Source: an uncultured Verrucomicrobiae bacterium
GTDB lineage: Bacteria; Verrucomicrobiota; Verrucomicrobiia; Chthoniobacterales; JAATET01
DNA length: 64,000 nt
Assembly: GCA_963719495.1 (NCBI GenBank)
Contig: CAVRCI010000003.1
Coordinates: 128,001-192,000 of the forward strand
Direction: 5' to 3'
Shown here: positions 19,046 to 29,676 of the stretch, one piece after another
Layout: each line of letters starts with the position of its first letter
Numbering within the stretch: position 1 is the first letter of the stretch
Made by a program: the position numbers and the translations under genes
The notes under the pieces: generated by a model
Seen by the model: the letters and a program-made list of their open reading frames with translations, nothing else
Databases searched by the model: none
What the model was told of the DNA's origin: nothing

Positions 19046-20184
19046 CCGCTCGCGTCAACTCCACTTGGTTCCACCGGCACCGCCCGCGGAGCTACCGGCG
19101 CCCGCACGGCTAGCATCAGATTCGAAGCCCCCGGCTGCCACTTGTAGCCCGTCCCGAAAGGCAACTCCGGCGTCCCACCCGGCGTGCGGTAAGCCTGCAG
19201 CAACTCCGGCTGAACGTATTTTTGAAAAATATCCAGCGTTCCCGTGTATTCCCCGAAAAAATTCAGCCTCCAGTCCCCGCCCAAAAACGTCCGCAAGGGA
19301 ATCCCCGAATCGTCCTGCAAAATCGCCGTGCAATTCGTCAGCAGGAAGTCCCGCGCGTTCGAAAAATACGGCTCGTGCGGCAGATACGAGGCCGCCTTCA
19401 GATACCCCACGCCCGGTCCGAGACCTGCCATCCACCGGGCCAGCGATCCATCCAATTTGAACGCGTCGTTCGACAGGTCCGCCCTCACGTAAAAAAGCGT
19501 CTGCGGAACCCCGGTCCCTCCCCGCCGAAAAACAATCCGCAACCCCGGCAGCATTCCACTGGGCACATCCGCCGATACCAGCGCCACCGCCCCACCCTCG
19601 CCGATCCCCACGTAATCCGCCCCCACGATCCGCCCCCCCGTCAGCGCCACGAACGAATACAGGATCGGCATCACCCCTTTGAATTCCGTCTCCTCCAAGT
19701 CGACCTTCATGTCCTTCGTGATGAAGTGACTGAACTGCAGCGTCACCAGCGTCGACTCCCGCAAATTCGCCAGCCCCGCCAGCGCCCGGGGCGCGTCCAA
19801 TTGCTCCGGTGGCATGATCGAACCCACCGGCTCCAGCCCACCCAGCACGTAAACCGCCGCGTCCGGAAACAGCGCGTAGGCATTCACGAAGTCCGGCCCG
19901 CCGAACAAATAATACAGCACCCGCGGTCGCCCCACCACCGGCTCGACGTTCGCCGCCGCCCACTCCCGCATCGGCGAAAAATATTTCTTATGAAACCCCC
20001 GCCACGTCTCCGCGTAAGTCGTCCCGTGTTCCAAATACTCCGGCTCCCCCTGAAACCGAGTCAGCACCGACCCCGCCGGCACCCGCAACCCGGAGAGAAA
20101 CCGAGCCTGCTCATCCGCCGAAGTTTGCGGCAGCTGACCCCGCACCAACCCCACCGAAAGCAGAAAAAGCAAAATCACCCGCAT
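19039..20184 (-). CDS. Exported hypothetical protein
   Basis: Signal peptide MRVILLFLL; motifs YLFGGPD, KAASYL, QDDSGIP; host-like codon usage. Confidence 0.75.
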   Translation of the reverse strand: MRVILLFLLSVGLVRGQLPQTSADEQARFLSGLRVPAGSVLTRFQGEPEYLEHGTTYAETWRGFHKKYFSPMREWAAANVEPVVGRPRVLYYLFGGPDFVNAYALFPDAAVYVLGGLEPVGSIMPPEQLDAPRALAGLANLRESTLVTLQFSHFITKDMKVDLEETEFKGVMPILYSFVALTGGRIVGADYVGIGEGGAVALVSADVPSGMLPGLRIVFRRGGTGVPQTLFYVRADLSNDAFKLDGSLARWMAGLGPGVGYLKAASYLPHEPYFSNARDFLLTNCTAILQDDSGIPLRTFLGGDWRLNFFGEYTGTLDIFQKYVQPELLQAYRTPGGTPELPFGTGYKWQPGASNLMLAVRAPVAPRAVPVEPSGVDASGL

Positions 20185-20417
20185 GCCAAAGTCATAACAC
20201 GGGGAAAACAGGCTTCCAGCCTGTCGTGCCGGGTCCGGCAGCCGCCGGACCCGGCACCACCCCGTCACCCGAAATTGTCCAACTCCACGCACCCCACTCC
20301 GGCGGCCCAGCGCCCGGGGACCGCACGCCTCCCGGCGTGCGGGCCGAGGCGTCCCGCCTCGGCAACGCCCGGCGTGCGACCACCATCCCCGATTGCCGAA
20401 CCCGCCGCCTTGCCGTA

Positions 20418-21980
20418 ATGAACCCCATGCGCAAACTCGCCCTCACCGCCGCTCTCGCGCTCACGACCCTCCTCCTCCCCCCCGCCGCCCAATCCGCCGA
20501 GCCCGGCACCGTCTTCCTCCTCACGCCGGAAAACACCCCCTACCTTACCGACGGCATGCGCTGGGTCGCCGAAGGCCCCACCGGCGGCAAAGCCCTCAAA
20601 GTCACCGCCACGCCCGAAACCGCTTCCGCGGGCCACCTCGTCACCATCCCTCTCGACATCGCCGCCCTCCGCGACCACGAGATCCTCCTCTCCTACGACG
20701 TCCGCGCCGACGCCGTCACCCGCCCCGAACTCGACTACAACGGCATCAAGTGCCAGCTCCATTACGTCTCCGCCGCCGAAGGCCCCAAGTGGTTCAACGA
20801 AGGCCTCCTCTTCGGCACCTTCCCGTGGAAACACTCCTCGCTCATCATCCGCGTCGACTCCGACGCCGCCGACGGCGAACTCCAGGTCGGCCTTCAGGAA
20901 TGCTCCGGCACCGCGTGGATCGCCAACCTCACCGTCGAAGTCCTCGGCCGCCGCCCCCGCACCTTCGACGTTCCGCCCTTCCGCGGCCACGACCTCCCCC
21001 GCCTCCGCGGCTTCGTCGGACCCGCCGCCTACAACGCCGCCGACTTCGACGCGCTCGAAACGTGGAACGCCAACGTCCTCCGCTGGCAACTCATCAACCC
21101 CGACTGGGAGCGCACCGCCATTCCCGCCGACCCCGGCATTTACGCCCCGTGGCTCGAAGCCAAGTTCACCGAGCTCGAGCAAGTCCTCGACCGCGCCGCC
21201 GCCGCCGGCATCCGCGTCATTGTCGACCTCCACGCCCCACCCGGCGGTCGACTCGCCGACGGCACCCTCACCATGCTCACCAACCAGCCGCTCCAGGACA
21301 CCTTCGTCGAAATCTGGAAGAAAATCGCCACCCGCTTCAAGGATCACCCCGGCCTCTGGGCCTACGACCCGCTCAACGAACCCGTCCAAAACCAACGTCC
21401 ACCCGAAGGCGTCAACACCTGGTGGCAACTCCAGGAACGCGTCGCCCAAGCCATCCGCGCCATCGATCCCACCACCCCCATCCTCCTCGAAGTCGACCAG
21501 TGGGACGCCCCGGAAGCCTTCGCGTGGATGAAGCCCGTCGACGTTCCCCGCGTCATCTATCAGGTCCACATGTATTGGCCGCACGAATACACCCACCAAG
21601 GCATCGACCGCCCATGGTCGACCCCCGAGGAAAGACCCGCCTACCCCGGCACCTTCAACGACCGACCGTTCGATCGCGCCGCGCTCCGGCGCAAGCTCGA
21701 GCCCGTCCGCGACTTCCAGAAGGCCTACAACGTCCAGATCTTCGTCGGCGAATTCAGCGTCCCCCGCTGGGCCCCCGGTGCCGCGCAATACCTCGCCGAC
21801 AACATCGCGCTCTTCGAAGAATTTGGCTGGGACTGGACCTACCACGCCTTCCGCGAAGCCCCCGAGTGGAGCCTCGAGCTCGCCAACCTCCCCTACGAAA
21901 CCCCCATCACCACCAAACCCGGCGAACCCTCCGACCGCGCCCAGGTCGTCGGCGATTGGCTGAAGCAGAACGAAAAATAA
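20418..21980 (+). CDS. Glycoside hydrolase family 5 protein with N-terminal CBM-like domain
   Basis: Signal peptide; IVDLH, YDPLNEP (acid/base), VHMY, FVGEF (nucleophile), WTYH. Confidence 0.88.
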   Translation: MNPMRKLALTAALALTTLLLPPAAQSAEPGTVFLLTPENTPYLTDGMRWVAEGPTGGKALKVTATPETASAGHLVTIPLDIAALRDHEILLSYDVRADAVTRPELDYNGIKCQLHYVSAAEGPKWFNEGLLFGTFPWKHSSLIIRVDSDAADGELQVGLQECSGTAWIANLTVEVLGRRPRTFDVPPFRGHDLPRLRGFVGPAAYNAADFDALETWNANVLRWQLINPDWERTAIPADPGIYAPWLEAKFTELEQVLDRAAAAGIRVIVDLHAPPGGRLADGTLTMLTNQPLQDTFVEIWKKIATRFKDHPGLWAYDPLNEPVQNQRPPEGVNTWWQLQERVAQAIRAIDPTTPILLEVDQWDAPEAFAWMKPVDVPRVIYQVHMYWPHEYTHQGIDRPWSTPEERPAYPGTFNDRPFDRAALRRKLEPVRDFQKAYNVQIFVGEFSVPRWAPGAAQYLADNIALFEEFGWDWTYHAFREAPEWSLELANLPYETPITTKPGEPSDRAQVVGDWLKQNEK

Positions 21981-22030
21981 CCTCCGGCCATTCCCTTCTT
22001 CGTTCCCTTCGTTACCTTCTGTTCAAAATC

Positions 22031-22408
22031 ATGCGCTCATTCGCCTCCATCATCAGCCTCGCCCTCGCGATCCTCACCACTGGACAAGCCGCCGAGCCCA
22101 ACCTCGACGCCCTCCCAACCTTCCGCGCCTCCTTCACGCTCTCGGACGGCATCGACTACGACGTCGAAGCCAAACACGAAGGCCCCACGTTCCGCGAAGT
22201 CACCGCCGTCACCCCGGACGGCTCCGGCACCAAAACGATCAAGTTTCTCTACGACGAGGAGGGCAAACTGATCGCCGCCACCGACGGCAAAGCCAACTTT
22301 CCGCTCAATAAAGAACTGCGCGATCTCTCGACCGAACTCACCACCCGCATCGAAGGCACCACCGCCTTCCTCCGATCCATCGGCGGCGTAGACAGCCCCG
22401 ACGAGTGA
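22031..22408 (+). CDS. Small exported hypothetical protein
   Basis: Signal peptide MRSFASIISLALAIL; host-like codon usage. Confidence 0.65.
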   Translation: MRSFASIISLALAILTTGQAAEPNLDALPTFRASFTLSDGIDYDVEAKHEGPTFREVTAVTPDGSGTKTIKFLYDEEGKLIAATDGKANFPLNKELRDLSTELTTRIEGTTAFLRSIGGVDSPDE

Positions 22409-22419
22409 CCCAATCCCCA

Positions 22420-22530
22420 CCGGAGGGCGAGGCTCCCGCCGAGCCGTCGCCTCACACTCGAATCGCCCGATCTCTCGCTCGACGACGACTCGCGCGACGA
22501 GCACGGCTCGGCACGAGCCTCGCCCTCCGG
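22420..22530. repeat. Inverted REP pair (REPIN-like)
   Basis: CCGGAGGGCGAGGCTCCCGCCGAGCCGT and its near-perfect reverse complement; related copy at about 53772. Confidence 0.8.
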
Positions 22531-22538
22531 GTTTCGGA

Positions 22539-23453
22539 TCATCGCGCAGCGACCCGCGCCAAAAATCCCTCGACCCGCTCACCCGCGGCCAGATTCGAGC
22601 GCCATCCCTCCGGAATCGCGCCCGCCCCGTGATGCGCGCCCAAGACCATCCCGAGCACCAGCCCCCGCGCCGCGCTGTCACCGCCGGCCATCACGTTCTC
22701 CACGAGCGCCAATTCGAAATCGTCGCCGAACCGATCCACCATCAACAACACCACCGGCAGCGTCGACGGGATCCCGCAGCCCAAGCCCAACGACTCAGCC
22801 GCGGCACCCGCCTCCATCGACTTCGTTCCCTCCACCCGTCGCGCCATCTCGGCGTAATCCAGCGCGGCGTAATGTCTCCCACCAGCCGCCGCGACCGAGG
22901 AACGAGGATGATCCCCACCGAGCACCCCAAAAACGATCCGCGTCAAAAATTCCGCCACGTCCCCCGCCAAGGGCGACCCGTGCGTCAATCCCGTCTGCTC
23001 CCGCGCCGACGCCACCGCGTCTTCCACGGACCCACCTGCCATCGCCGCCAGCAAAGGCGCGATCCGCGCCGGCCCACCGAGTTCCTTCGATCCCTCCTCC
23101 GACCGTCCCAAATCCGTCCCCAGTCGGCCCAACGTTTCCTTCGTCGCGTGATCCACGTAGCCACCGTAACCATTCCACATTCCGGTCCAACGATCGGTGA
23201 AATCCTCCAGCGAAAACGCACCCGCCGCCGCAACCGACGCCATCAGCACGAGCGCCTGGTCCCCAAGGTGACTCTGATCTCCCGCCCCCTTCCCCGAGTG
23301 GTAGGAATCCGGCAAGGGCGTTAGGAAGTGATCGATCCGCCCAAACCTCCGCTCGAGCTCCGCCTGGTCGTAACCCCAATGGGCCCCCAAAGCCAAGGCG
23401 TCCCCAACGAACGACCCCCAAACCAACCCTTCAATCCGATCCGATTCCGGCAT
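22539..23453 (-). CDS. ADP-ribosylglycohydrolase family protein
   Basis: GSFVGDALAL, QTGLTH, NVMAGGDSAARG. Confidence 0.85.
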   Translation of the reverse strand: MPESDRIEGLVWGSFVGDALALGAHWGYDQAELERRFGRIDHFLTPLPDSYHSGKGAGDQSHLGDQALVLMASVAAAGAFSLEDFTDRWTGMWNGYGGYVDHATKETLGRLGTDLGRSEEGSKELGGPARIAPLLAAMAGGSVEDAVASAREQTGLTHGSPLAGDVAEFLTRIVFGVLGGDHPRSSVAAAGGRHYAALDYAEMARRVEGTKSMEAGAAAESLGLGCGIPSTLPVVLLMVDRFGDDFELALVENVMAGGDSAARGLVLGMVLGAHHGAGAIPEGWRSNLAAGERVEGFLARVAAR

Positions 23454-23519
23454 CCGACGAGAGTATCACCGATTCCCCGCCCAATCACGGCGGAGCGGAA
23501 ATTCTACAATCTCGGCGGA

Positions 23520-25625
23520 CTAGAACGCCAACCCAACGCTGAAGTGAAACGCCCCCTCCGGATCGCCCTCCCCGGGAGCCGGATTAAATCCGTAGTCGAA
23601 CCGAATTGGGCCCACCGGCAGATCATACCGCAAACCCGCGCCGATCGCGTAGCGCATGTCCGACACGCCGAAATCCTGCGCGTCCTGCACGACATTGCCC
23701 GCGTCGCCAAAAACCGCGCCCCGCAGCTGACCCACGATCGGAAACGTGTATTCCAGGTTGAAAACCGTGAACGCCTGCCCGCCCAGCGGATACCCGGCCC
23801 GGTCGCGCGGCCCCAGTTTCAACTCCGGATAACTCCGCACCGTCGTCGATCCTCCGTTGAAGAACCGCTCGTCGATCGGCAGCCCCTCGTCGCTCAGCGG
23901 CGAAATCACGCCGCCCCGGGCGCCAAACGCCAGATTCGTTCGCTCGGTCACCGGCAGGTAATACACCGCCTGAGCCAGCCCCCGAACGAACGGCACGTCC
24001 CCCACGCCCGACGGTGCGACGTCCAGCGCCACCGTCCCGTAGAATCCCTCGGATGGCAGCACCGGATCGTTACGAAAATCCAACGTCGACGTCACCCCGA
24101 TCGAGGCCACCGAGTAATCCTCCTGCCCAACCAACTCCCGCGGCTCGATCAGGATGTCGTCGGTCGTCACGTATTTGATCAGCGCAAAGGCCCCCACCTT
24201 CCAGTTCTTCGTGAGTTCCCGCGTGAGCGACGGGCGGAAGCCCAACTCGATCTTGGAATACCCTTCGAGCGTGATCGTCTGCGCGTAGAGCCGCAACTTG
24301 AGCTCGTTCTCGGTCTCCGCCAACCACGGATCCGTGTAGACGACCTCACCGTTGTAGCCCCGCTGCGTGTATTCCACCGACGTCGTGAACGGTCGCCCGC
24401 TGCCGAAGAGATTCAGGTCGGTGTAGCTCACGCTCACGATCCCGCCGACGAAAGTCCCGTAACCCACGCCAAAACCGAAGATCTTCGTCTTCGCCTCGTC
24501 CGCCGAGACGTCGAGCCGCAGCAGGTTGCCCTCGATCGGCTTCGGGCTGATTCGGATGTTCGTGAAGAGTCCCGTGTCGAGAAGCGTCCGGAACTTGTCG
24601 TCGACCAACTTCGGATCGTAAACCTTGCCGCTGAGGCTCCTCATCCGATTGGGAATGAAGTTGTCCGGCACGTGATCCGCCCCCTTCACCGTGACCCCAT
24701 CGAAATAAAATAGAGCCCCGCTCTTCACGGTAAACGTCACGTCGACGAGCCCGCTCGTCGTCTCCGGATCCTGGCTGACCACGGTCACGATCGCTTGGTA
24801 ATACCCGCGGGTTTTGTAGTAATCCTCGAGCGCCCTTTGCGCCACCGCCGCCCGACCATCGGTGAATGGTTCGCTGGTCTCCGTCTCGATGGCCGCCCGC
24901 AGGTCCGCTTCCGGGAACACTTCGTTTCCGATGATCGACACCGCGCCGAATTCATATTGGGTCCCTTCGGCGATCTCGACCCGCACGTTCGCCCGCGTGA
25001 AGTCGTCGGAGAATTGAACGGGCGTGAGTTCCACCACCGCGTCGAGGTAGCCCTGCGACGAGTAAAGGCGCTCGATCAATCCCACCCCGCTTTTGATGTC
25101 CGATTCGACGAACGGCAGCAGCGCGTCGACCTCGATCCGCGGAAATCGCTCGCGCAGCGGCCCGAGCAAAAAATTCTGCAGCGTCGTGAAATCGTAGCCC
25201 TTGAAGCCCACGATCTCGACCTTCCCCAGCAGCGTCTGCGGCCCCTGCCGGATCGTCAGCCGCACCGCCCACGGTCCGGTGATCGCCGAGTCGACCGCGA
25301 CCTGCGTGTAGCCGTGCTTCCGGTAAAAGACCTCGAGAAAATACTCCAGATCGTAGAGCGACGCTTCGTCCAGGCCGTAGGTCTCGACCGTCCGGTATTG
25401 CTGCTCGATTCCCTTGGCCAACTCCTCCGCCGTGAACGCCTCGTTTCCGACGTATTCGACGGTGAGTTTGCCCGAGTTCGCCGGGTTCGATTCCCCAACC
25501 GGACTCCCCACCGTGTCGAGATCCGGCACCTGCCCGACGGCCGTGACCGCGACCATCAGCCCGAAGGCCACTTCAAGGAGCGGCAGCTTCCAGCCGCCGA
25601 AGTTGTTCCATCCGCGTCGCGTCAT
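23520..25625 (-). CDS. tamA: Omp85 family outer membrane protein (TamA/BamA-like)
   Basis: POTRA repeats, ERFFNGGSTTVRSY, GLRYDLPVGPIRFDYG, terminal F; coupled to tamB. Confidence 0.85.
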   Translation of the reverse strand: MTRRGWNNFGGWKLPLLEVAFGLMVAVTAVGQVPDLDTVGSPVGESNPANSGKLTVEYVGNEAFTAEELAKGIEQQYRTVETYGLDEASLYDLEYFLEVFYRKHGYTQVAVDSAITGPWAVRLTIRQGPQTLLGKVEIVGFKGYDFTTLQNFLLGPLRERFPRIEVDALLPFVESDIKSGVGLIERLYSSQGYLDAVVELTPVQFSDDFTRANVRVEIAEGTQYEFGAVSIIGNEVFPEADLRAAIETETSEPFTDGRAAVAQRALEDYYKTRGYYQAIVTVVSQDPETTSGLVDVTFTVKSGALFYFDGVTVKGADHVPDNFIPNRMRSLSGKVYDPKLVDDKFRTLLDTGLFTNIRISPKPIEGNLLRLDVSADEAKTKIFGFGVGYGTFVGGIVSVSYTDLNLFGSGRPFTTSVEYTQRGYNGEVVYTDPWLAETENELKLRLYAQTITLEGYSKIELGFRPSLTRELTKNWKVGAFALIKYVTTDDILIEPRELVGQEDYSVASIGVTSTLDFRNDPVLPSEGFYGTVALDVAPSGVGDVPFVRGLAQAVYYLPVTERTNLAFGARGGVISPLSDEGLPIDERFFNGGSTTVRSYPELKLGPRDRAGYPLGGQAFTVFNLEYTFPIVGQLRGAVFGDAGNVVQDAQDFGVSDMRYAIGAGLRYDLPVGPIRFDYGFNPAPGEGDPEGAFHFSVGLAF

Positions 25626-28600
25626 TTGAATCGAATCAAGTATTTCACCTGCCCCCGGAAATCCCCCTGCACGTCCACGCCGCCGAAGAGGGAAAAATTC
25701 TTCGAAAGCGGGAACCGCACCGTCGCCGACTGCCGCCCGGTCTTCGGATCGATCTCACCGAACGCAAAGTCGATGTCGTTGAGCACCGTCTTCTTCCGCT
25801 CGCTTGGGTCCTTCGGCGGGAAAAGCGAGCGCGAGATTTTTTGAAACAACAGCACCGCCGCCCGCCCCGCCAGCACGCTCGGATTCCCGGCGATGTCCTG
25901 CGAAGTCACCCCCGTCGCGATCAACGACACGATGTCGGTCTGCGGGAGCGGCGGCTGACTTGAAAATCGCACCTGCGGGTCCAACATGTTGCCGTAAATG
26001 TAGGCCGACACGTCGTAGTCGCGAATCTCCGACGTCCCCCGGATGTCGAAATTCGCCACGAAGGGACTGTCTTTCTGAAAGAAGATGACTCCATTGCGGA
26101 TCGTCAATTCGCTGAACGGCAGCGTCGTCGTCAGCTGTTCGATCCGCACGTTCCCGGCCATCGTCGGCTGGGCACCCGTCCCGGTGATGTTCAGATCGAG
26201 CACGATCCGACCGTTCGCCAGATTCCCCTGCACCAGGAACGGATCCGACGTTTTCACGTCGATGTCGAACGTCCAATTACTCAGCGGCGGCGCCGTGATC
26301 CCCTGCACGGTCGGAGCCGGCGGCGGCTGCGGTGCGGGCCGCCCCGGCAGCCCGATCGGCAGGATGTCGATGTCCTTGTAAAACCGACTCTTGGTCACGT
26401 AAACCTCGCCGCCCACGTTCGCCGAGTCCAACGGCCCCGTCAGCTCGATCCGACTGCTGATTCGTAAAGTGATCGCTTCGTCCTGCATCACCAACGCGTC
26501 CCGCGTGCCGAATGCCAGATCGAATACCGGCTTCTCCACACCGCCAAAGGTGATGCTCCCCTCCGCGCCAAAAACTCCGCCGCCAATGTCCCCCCGGAAC
26601 GCGGGAATCGTCAGGCGCTCGGTGTTCGATTTGATCCGCACCACGACTCCGGTGATCGGCGGAAACCCGTCCACCGAAAGCCGGATCGCCGGCACGTCCG
26701 CCACGACGCTTCCCTGGATCGCCGGCTTTTCGACGGTCCCACTCACCGCCAAGTCGACCGCCGCCGTGCCTGCGATGAACCGAACCACCGGCACCAGCGA
26801 CGACACGAAGCCGAGCGAGGACTTCGGCATCCGCACCTTCAGATCAATCGGCGTCGAGGTCGGAAACTCGCGATCCCGGCGGATCGCAACCACGTCCACC
26901 GGCACCGATCCGTTCACCGTGATCGGCTGCACCAGCGGTTGCGTGATCTTTCCGTCCACCGTTGCCCGGTCGTTCGCGAGCAACACGTCGAGCGACACGT
27001 CCGCCGGCTTCACGTCGGCGGTCGTGGACTGCAAGCCGTTCGCCCGCACCGCGACGGCGGCTTTCAATTCCGCCAAGGTGCCACTCGCCCCGATTTTGAC
27101 GCTCGCCGTCCCCGTCACCGGCGGAGCCTCACCACCGGGCAACGCCGCGAAAATTTCGCCGAGCTCGAGAGTCCCCGTGTCGAGATCGACCGCGATCGGC
27201 TCGTCGTTCGGGATCATCATTTCCAGATCATCCGGGTGATCCGCGTGCAGCGGGACCGACAGCGAACCCGCGAGCACTTTCAGCTCCCCGAGCCGCGCGA
27301 GTAGATCCGTCACGCTCAGACGATTCTCCGCCAGCCGCAGAGCGAGGCTCACGTCGCCCTCCTCCGCCGACGCCTTGATCACCGGGACATCGACCGACGT
27401 CGGCCAGTCGTAATTTGCCGCCACCGTCGCCGCGAGCTGATCCCGCTCGCCGAACCGCGCGTCCTCCAGCGCGAGGTCCGCCTTGCCGGTGTGCGTGTTC
27501 GCTTTGACGTCCCCCTCGCCCGACCAGGTCAAATTCAACGCCCCCCCCAGCGGCTCCGGCGCCACCGGATCGAACACCGCCAGATTCCCGAGTGCGACAT
27601 CGACCGTCCCGGAGTAGGCGAAGGGCTCCGCCAATTGCACCGTGCCGTCCAGCGTCACCCGATTCACGTCGTCGAGCACGACCGCGAGTTTCGACAGGTT
27701 CGCCTGGTTGTCCCGGATCGTCAGACCGCCCTCGATGGTCGGAATCCCCAGCCCAGCGGCCTTCACGTCGCTCCCGTCGATGTCGAAGTCCCCGTCGATC
27801 TCGCCATCGGTCGACGTCACCTTCCCTTCGATTTTGAGCGCCCCTCTCAGATCGGCGGCGGCCCCCTCGGCCACGAAAGCTTCCAGCTCCGGCGCATCAA
27901 TCAGCACGTCCGCCGCGAGCGGCTGTTTCACGAACGACTTCATGTCGGCCGGCAGCTCGTAATTCGCTGAGATCCGCACGACGTTCGCCCCTTTGGCCAG
28001 CGAGACTTCGTCCACCGAGACCTTGGCGCCATCGACCGCCGCGGCGACCTTCACCTTCTCGATCTCGAACTCACCGGCCGTGACCGTCGCCACGCCCACC
28101 GCGAGTTTGGCCGCCAGATCCTCGAACACCGGAGCGCCCTCTTCCGTCGCCAGGTTCTTCTCGACGTTGGCCGTGACCTTCAAGCCGCTCAACACGTTCT
28201 CTTTGATGGTCAGCCGCTCGCTCCCGGCTTCCAAGTCCACGAACGCAACCTGATTCTCGATGCGAAAATCCACCCGCGCCTTCGCCTCGCCCTCGACGTC
28301 CGGAGCCACCGCGCCGACCTTCGCCAGATCGGCCCGCAGCCAACCCTTCGCGTCGATTTTGGAAAATTCTTCAAGCGTCTCCGGCAGATCCGCCCCCGCC
28401 CGCAGCTCGACCCGGTTCGCATCGCCGAGCTCGTCCACGACCACCACGTCCGCCCGCCCATCCTTGATCGTGACGTCCGCGCCGAGCGCCCCGATTTCTT
28501 GTCCGGAAGCCACCAGCCCCTCGCTCCGCAAACGAATCTCGCCATCCCACCCCCGCGGCTCCGTCGGCAAACCCGCGAACCGCAGCGACAATTCGTTCAG

Positions 28601-29494
28601 GGTCCCCCCAAAAGGCACGTCCTGATTCAAATACTCCCAGATTTTCCCGAAGACCAAACCGCTCACCTCTGCCTCGAGCTTCAAATCGTTCGAGGCGTTG
28701 AGATCCTTCACCGTCAACGCCAACGACAGCTCGGACCCGAAAACCTGCCCCTCGACTGCAAGACCCAACACGGCTTCGCCCAATTCCGACGCGTCCAGAT
28801 TCAACCGCTCGATCTGGATCTCCGGACTCACCGACAAATCCACGAGCAACAAATTGCGATCCCGGAACGTCGTCGTCGCGCCAATCGAATCCCACGTCCG
28901 CACCCCCGGGACGTCGAGCTTCTCGACGACCAATTTCCCGTCCTTCTCCGGATAGAGCGTGAACGTCAGCCCCTTCAGCTCGAACCCACCGTATTCCCCC
29001 ACCGTCTGGAAATTCACGTTCTCGATCACCAACCGTTCGGGGAACAACCCCGGGAACTTGAACGCCTGGCGCTCTTTTTCCTCCTTCTCTTTGGGCAACG
29101 GCTCACCCGGCTCGATCACCACGTAGACGTCGTGGGCCTCGACCGTCTTCAGCAGAGCCGGCAGGCCCTCGCGAATCGCCCCCCATAAGCTGTATTCGAG
29201 CAGAATCTCCCCGACCTCCAGCCGCTCGATCGGACCCGGCTCGGTCGGCTCACCCACGAGGTCCGTCACCCGCAGCCGCGAAAACGGCGATCCCTCGATT
29301 TTGTAATCGAGGTCGAGGTTCTGTTGCTTCGCAGCCCGAACCACGAAATAACGCGTTCCCTCGAAAATGATCGTCTTGTGGAAAATCGCCACCAGCACGA
29401 TCGACCCCAGCAGCACCAACCCAATCCGCTTCAACCACTTCCGCCACCGCCGCTTCCTCGTGGGCTTCGGCTTGGCGTCGGGATCTTCGGGCAT
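25622..29494 (-). CDS. tamB: Translocation/assembly module TamB (DUF490) protein
   Basis: N-terminal TM anchor, long beta-rich body, FSSQPPLPQTDIVSLIATG C-terminal motif. Confidence 0.85.
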   Translation of the reverse strand: MPEDPDAKPKPTRKRRWRKWLKRIGLVLLGSIVLVAIFHKTIIFEGTRYFVVRAAKQQNLDLDYKIEGSPFSRLRVTDLVGEPTEPGPIERLEVGEILLEYSLWGAIREGLPALLKTVEAHDVYVVIEPGEPLPKEKEEKERQAFKFPGLFPERLVIENVNFQTVGEYGGFELKGLTFTLYPEKDGKLVVEKLDVPGVRTWDSIGATTTFRDRNLLLVDLSVSPEIQIERLNLDASELGEAVLGLAVEGQVFGSELSLALTVKDLNASNDLKLEAEVSGLVFGKIWEYLNQDVPFGGTLNELSLRFAGLPTEPRGWDGEIRLRSEGLVASGQEIGALGADVTIKDGRADVVVVDELGDANRVELRAGADLPETLEEFSKIDAKGWLRADLAKVGAVAPDVEGEAKARVDFRIENQVAFVDLEAGSERLTIKENVLSGLKVTANVEKNLATEEGAPVFEDLAAKLAVGVATVTAGEFEIEKVKVAAAVDGAKVSVDEVSLAKGANVVRISANYELPADMKSFVKQPLAADVLIDAPELEAFVAEGAAADLRGALKIEGKVTSTDGEIDGDFDIDGSDVKAAGLGIPTIEGGLTIRDNQANLSKLAVVLDDVNRVTLDGTVQLAEPFAYSGTVDVALGNLAVFDPVAPEPLGGALNLTWSGEGDVKANTHTGKADLALEDARFGERDQLAATVAANYDWPTSVDVPVIKASAEEGDVSLALRLAENRLSVTDLLARLGELKVLAGSLSVPLHADHPDDLEMMIPNDEPIAVDLDTGTLELGEIFAALPGGEAPPVTGTASVKIGASGTLAELKAAVAVRANGLQSTTADVKPADVSLDVLLANDRATVDGKITQPLVQPITVNGSVPVDVVAIRRDREFPTSTPIDLKVRMPKSSLGFVSSLVPVVRFIAGTAAVDLAVSGTVEKPAIQGSVVADVPAIRLSVDGFPPITGVVVRIKSNTERLTIPAFRGDIGGGVFGAEGSITFGGVEKPVFDLAFGTRDALVMQDEAITLRISSRIELTGPLDSANVGGEVYVTKSRFYKDIDILPIGLPGRPAPQPPPAPTVQGITAPPLSNWTFDIDVKTSDPFLVQGNLANGRIVLDLNITGTGAQPTMAGNVRIEQLTTTLPFSELTIRNGVIFFQKDSPFVANFDIRGTSEIRDYDVSAYIYGNMLDPQVRFSSQPPLPQTDIVSLIATGVTSQDIAGNPSVLAGRAAVLLFQKISRSLFPPKDPSERKKTVLNDIDFAFGEIDPKTGRQSATVRFPLSKNFSLFGGVDVQGDFRGQVKYLIRFK

Positions 29495-29676
29495 CTGGCC
29501 CGAAGCGAACGCCGTTTGCAACGAACAATCAACAACTCTTTTGATGAAGGGGAGCGCGGGCATCCTGCCCGTCGCACCGGGCTTCCAGCCCGGTGCTCGA
29601 CCCGAACCGGCGAAGCCGCACTTCCACCCCACCGAACGTTGCCAACCCCCGAGAATCTGCGACACTCCGTCCCCCA

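Noticed and set aside
23520..29494. tamB-tamA as the dedicated translocon for the basic C-terminal domain proteins
   Set aside because: No adjacency or other link to either cargo gene; TamAB-like pairs are widespread
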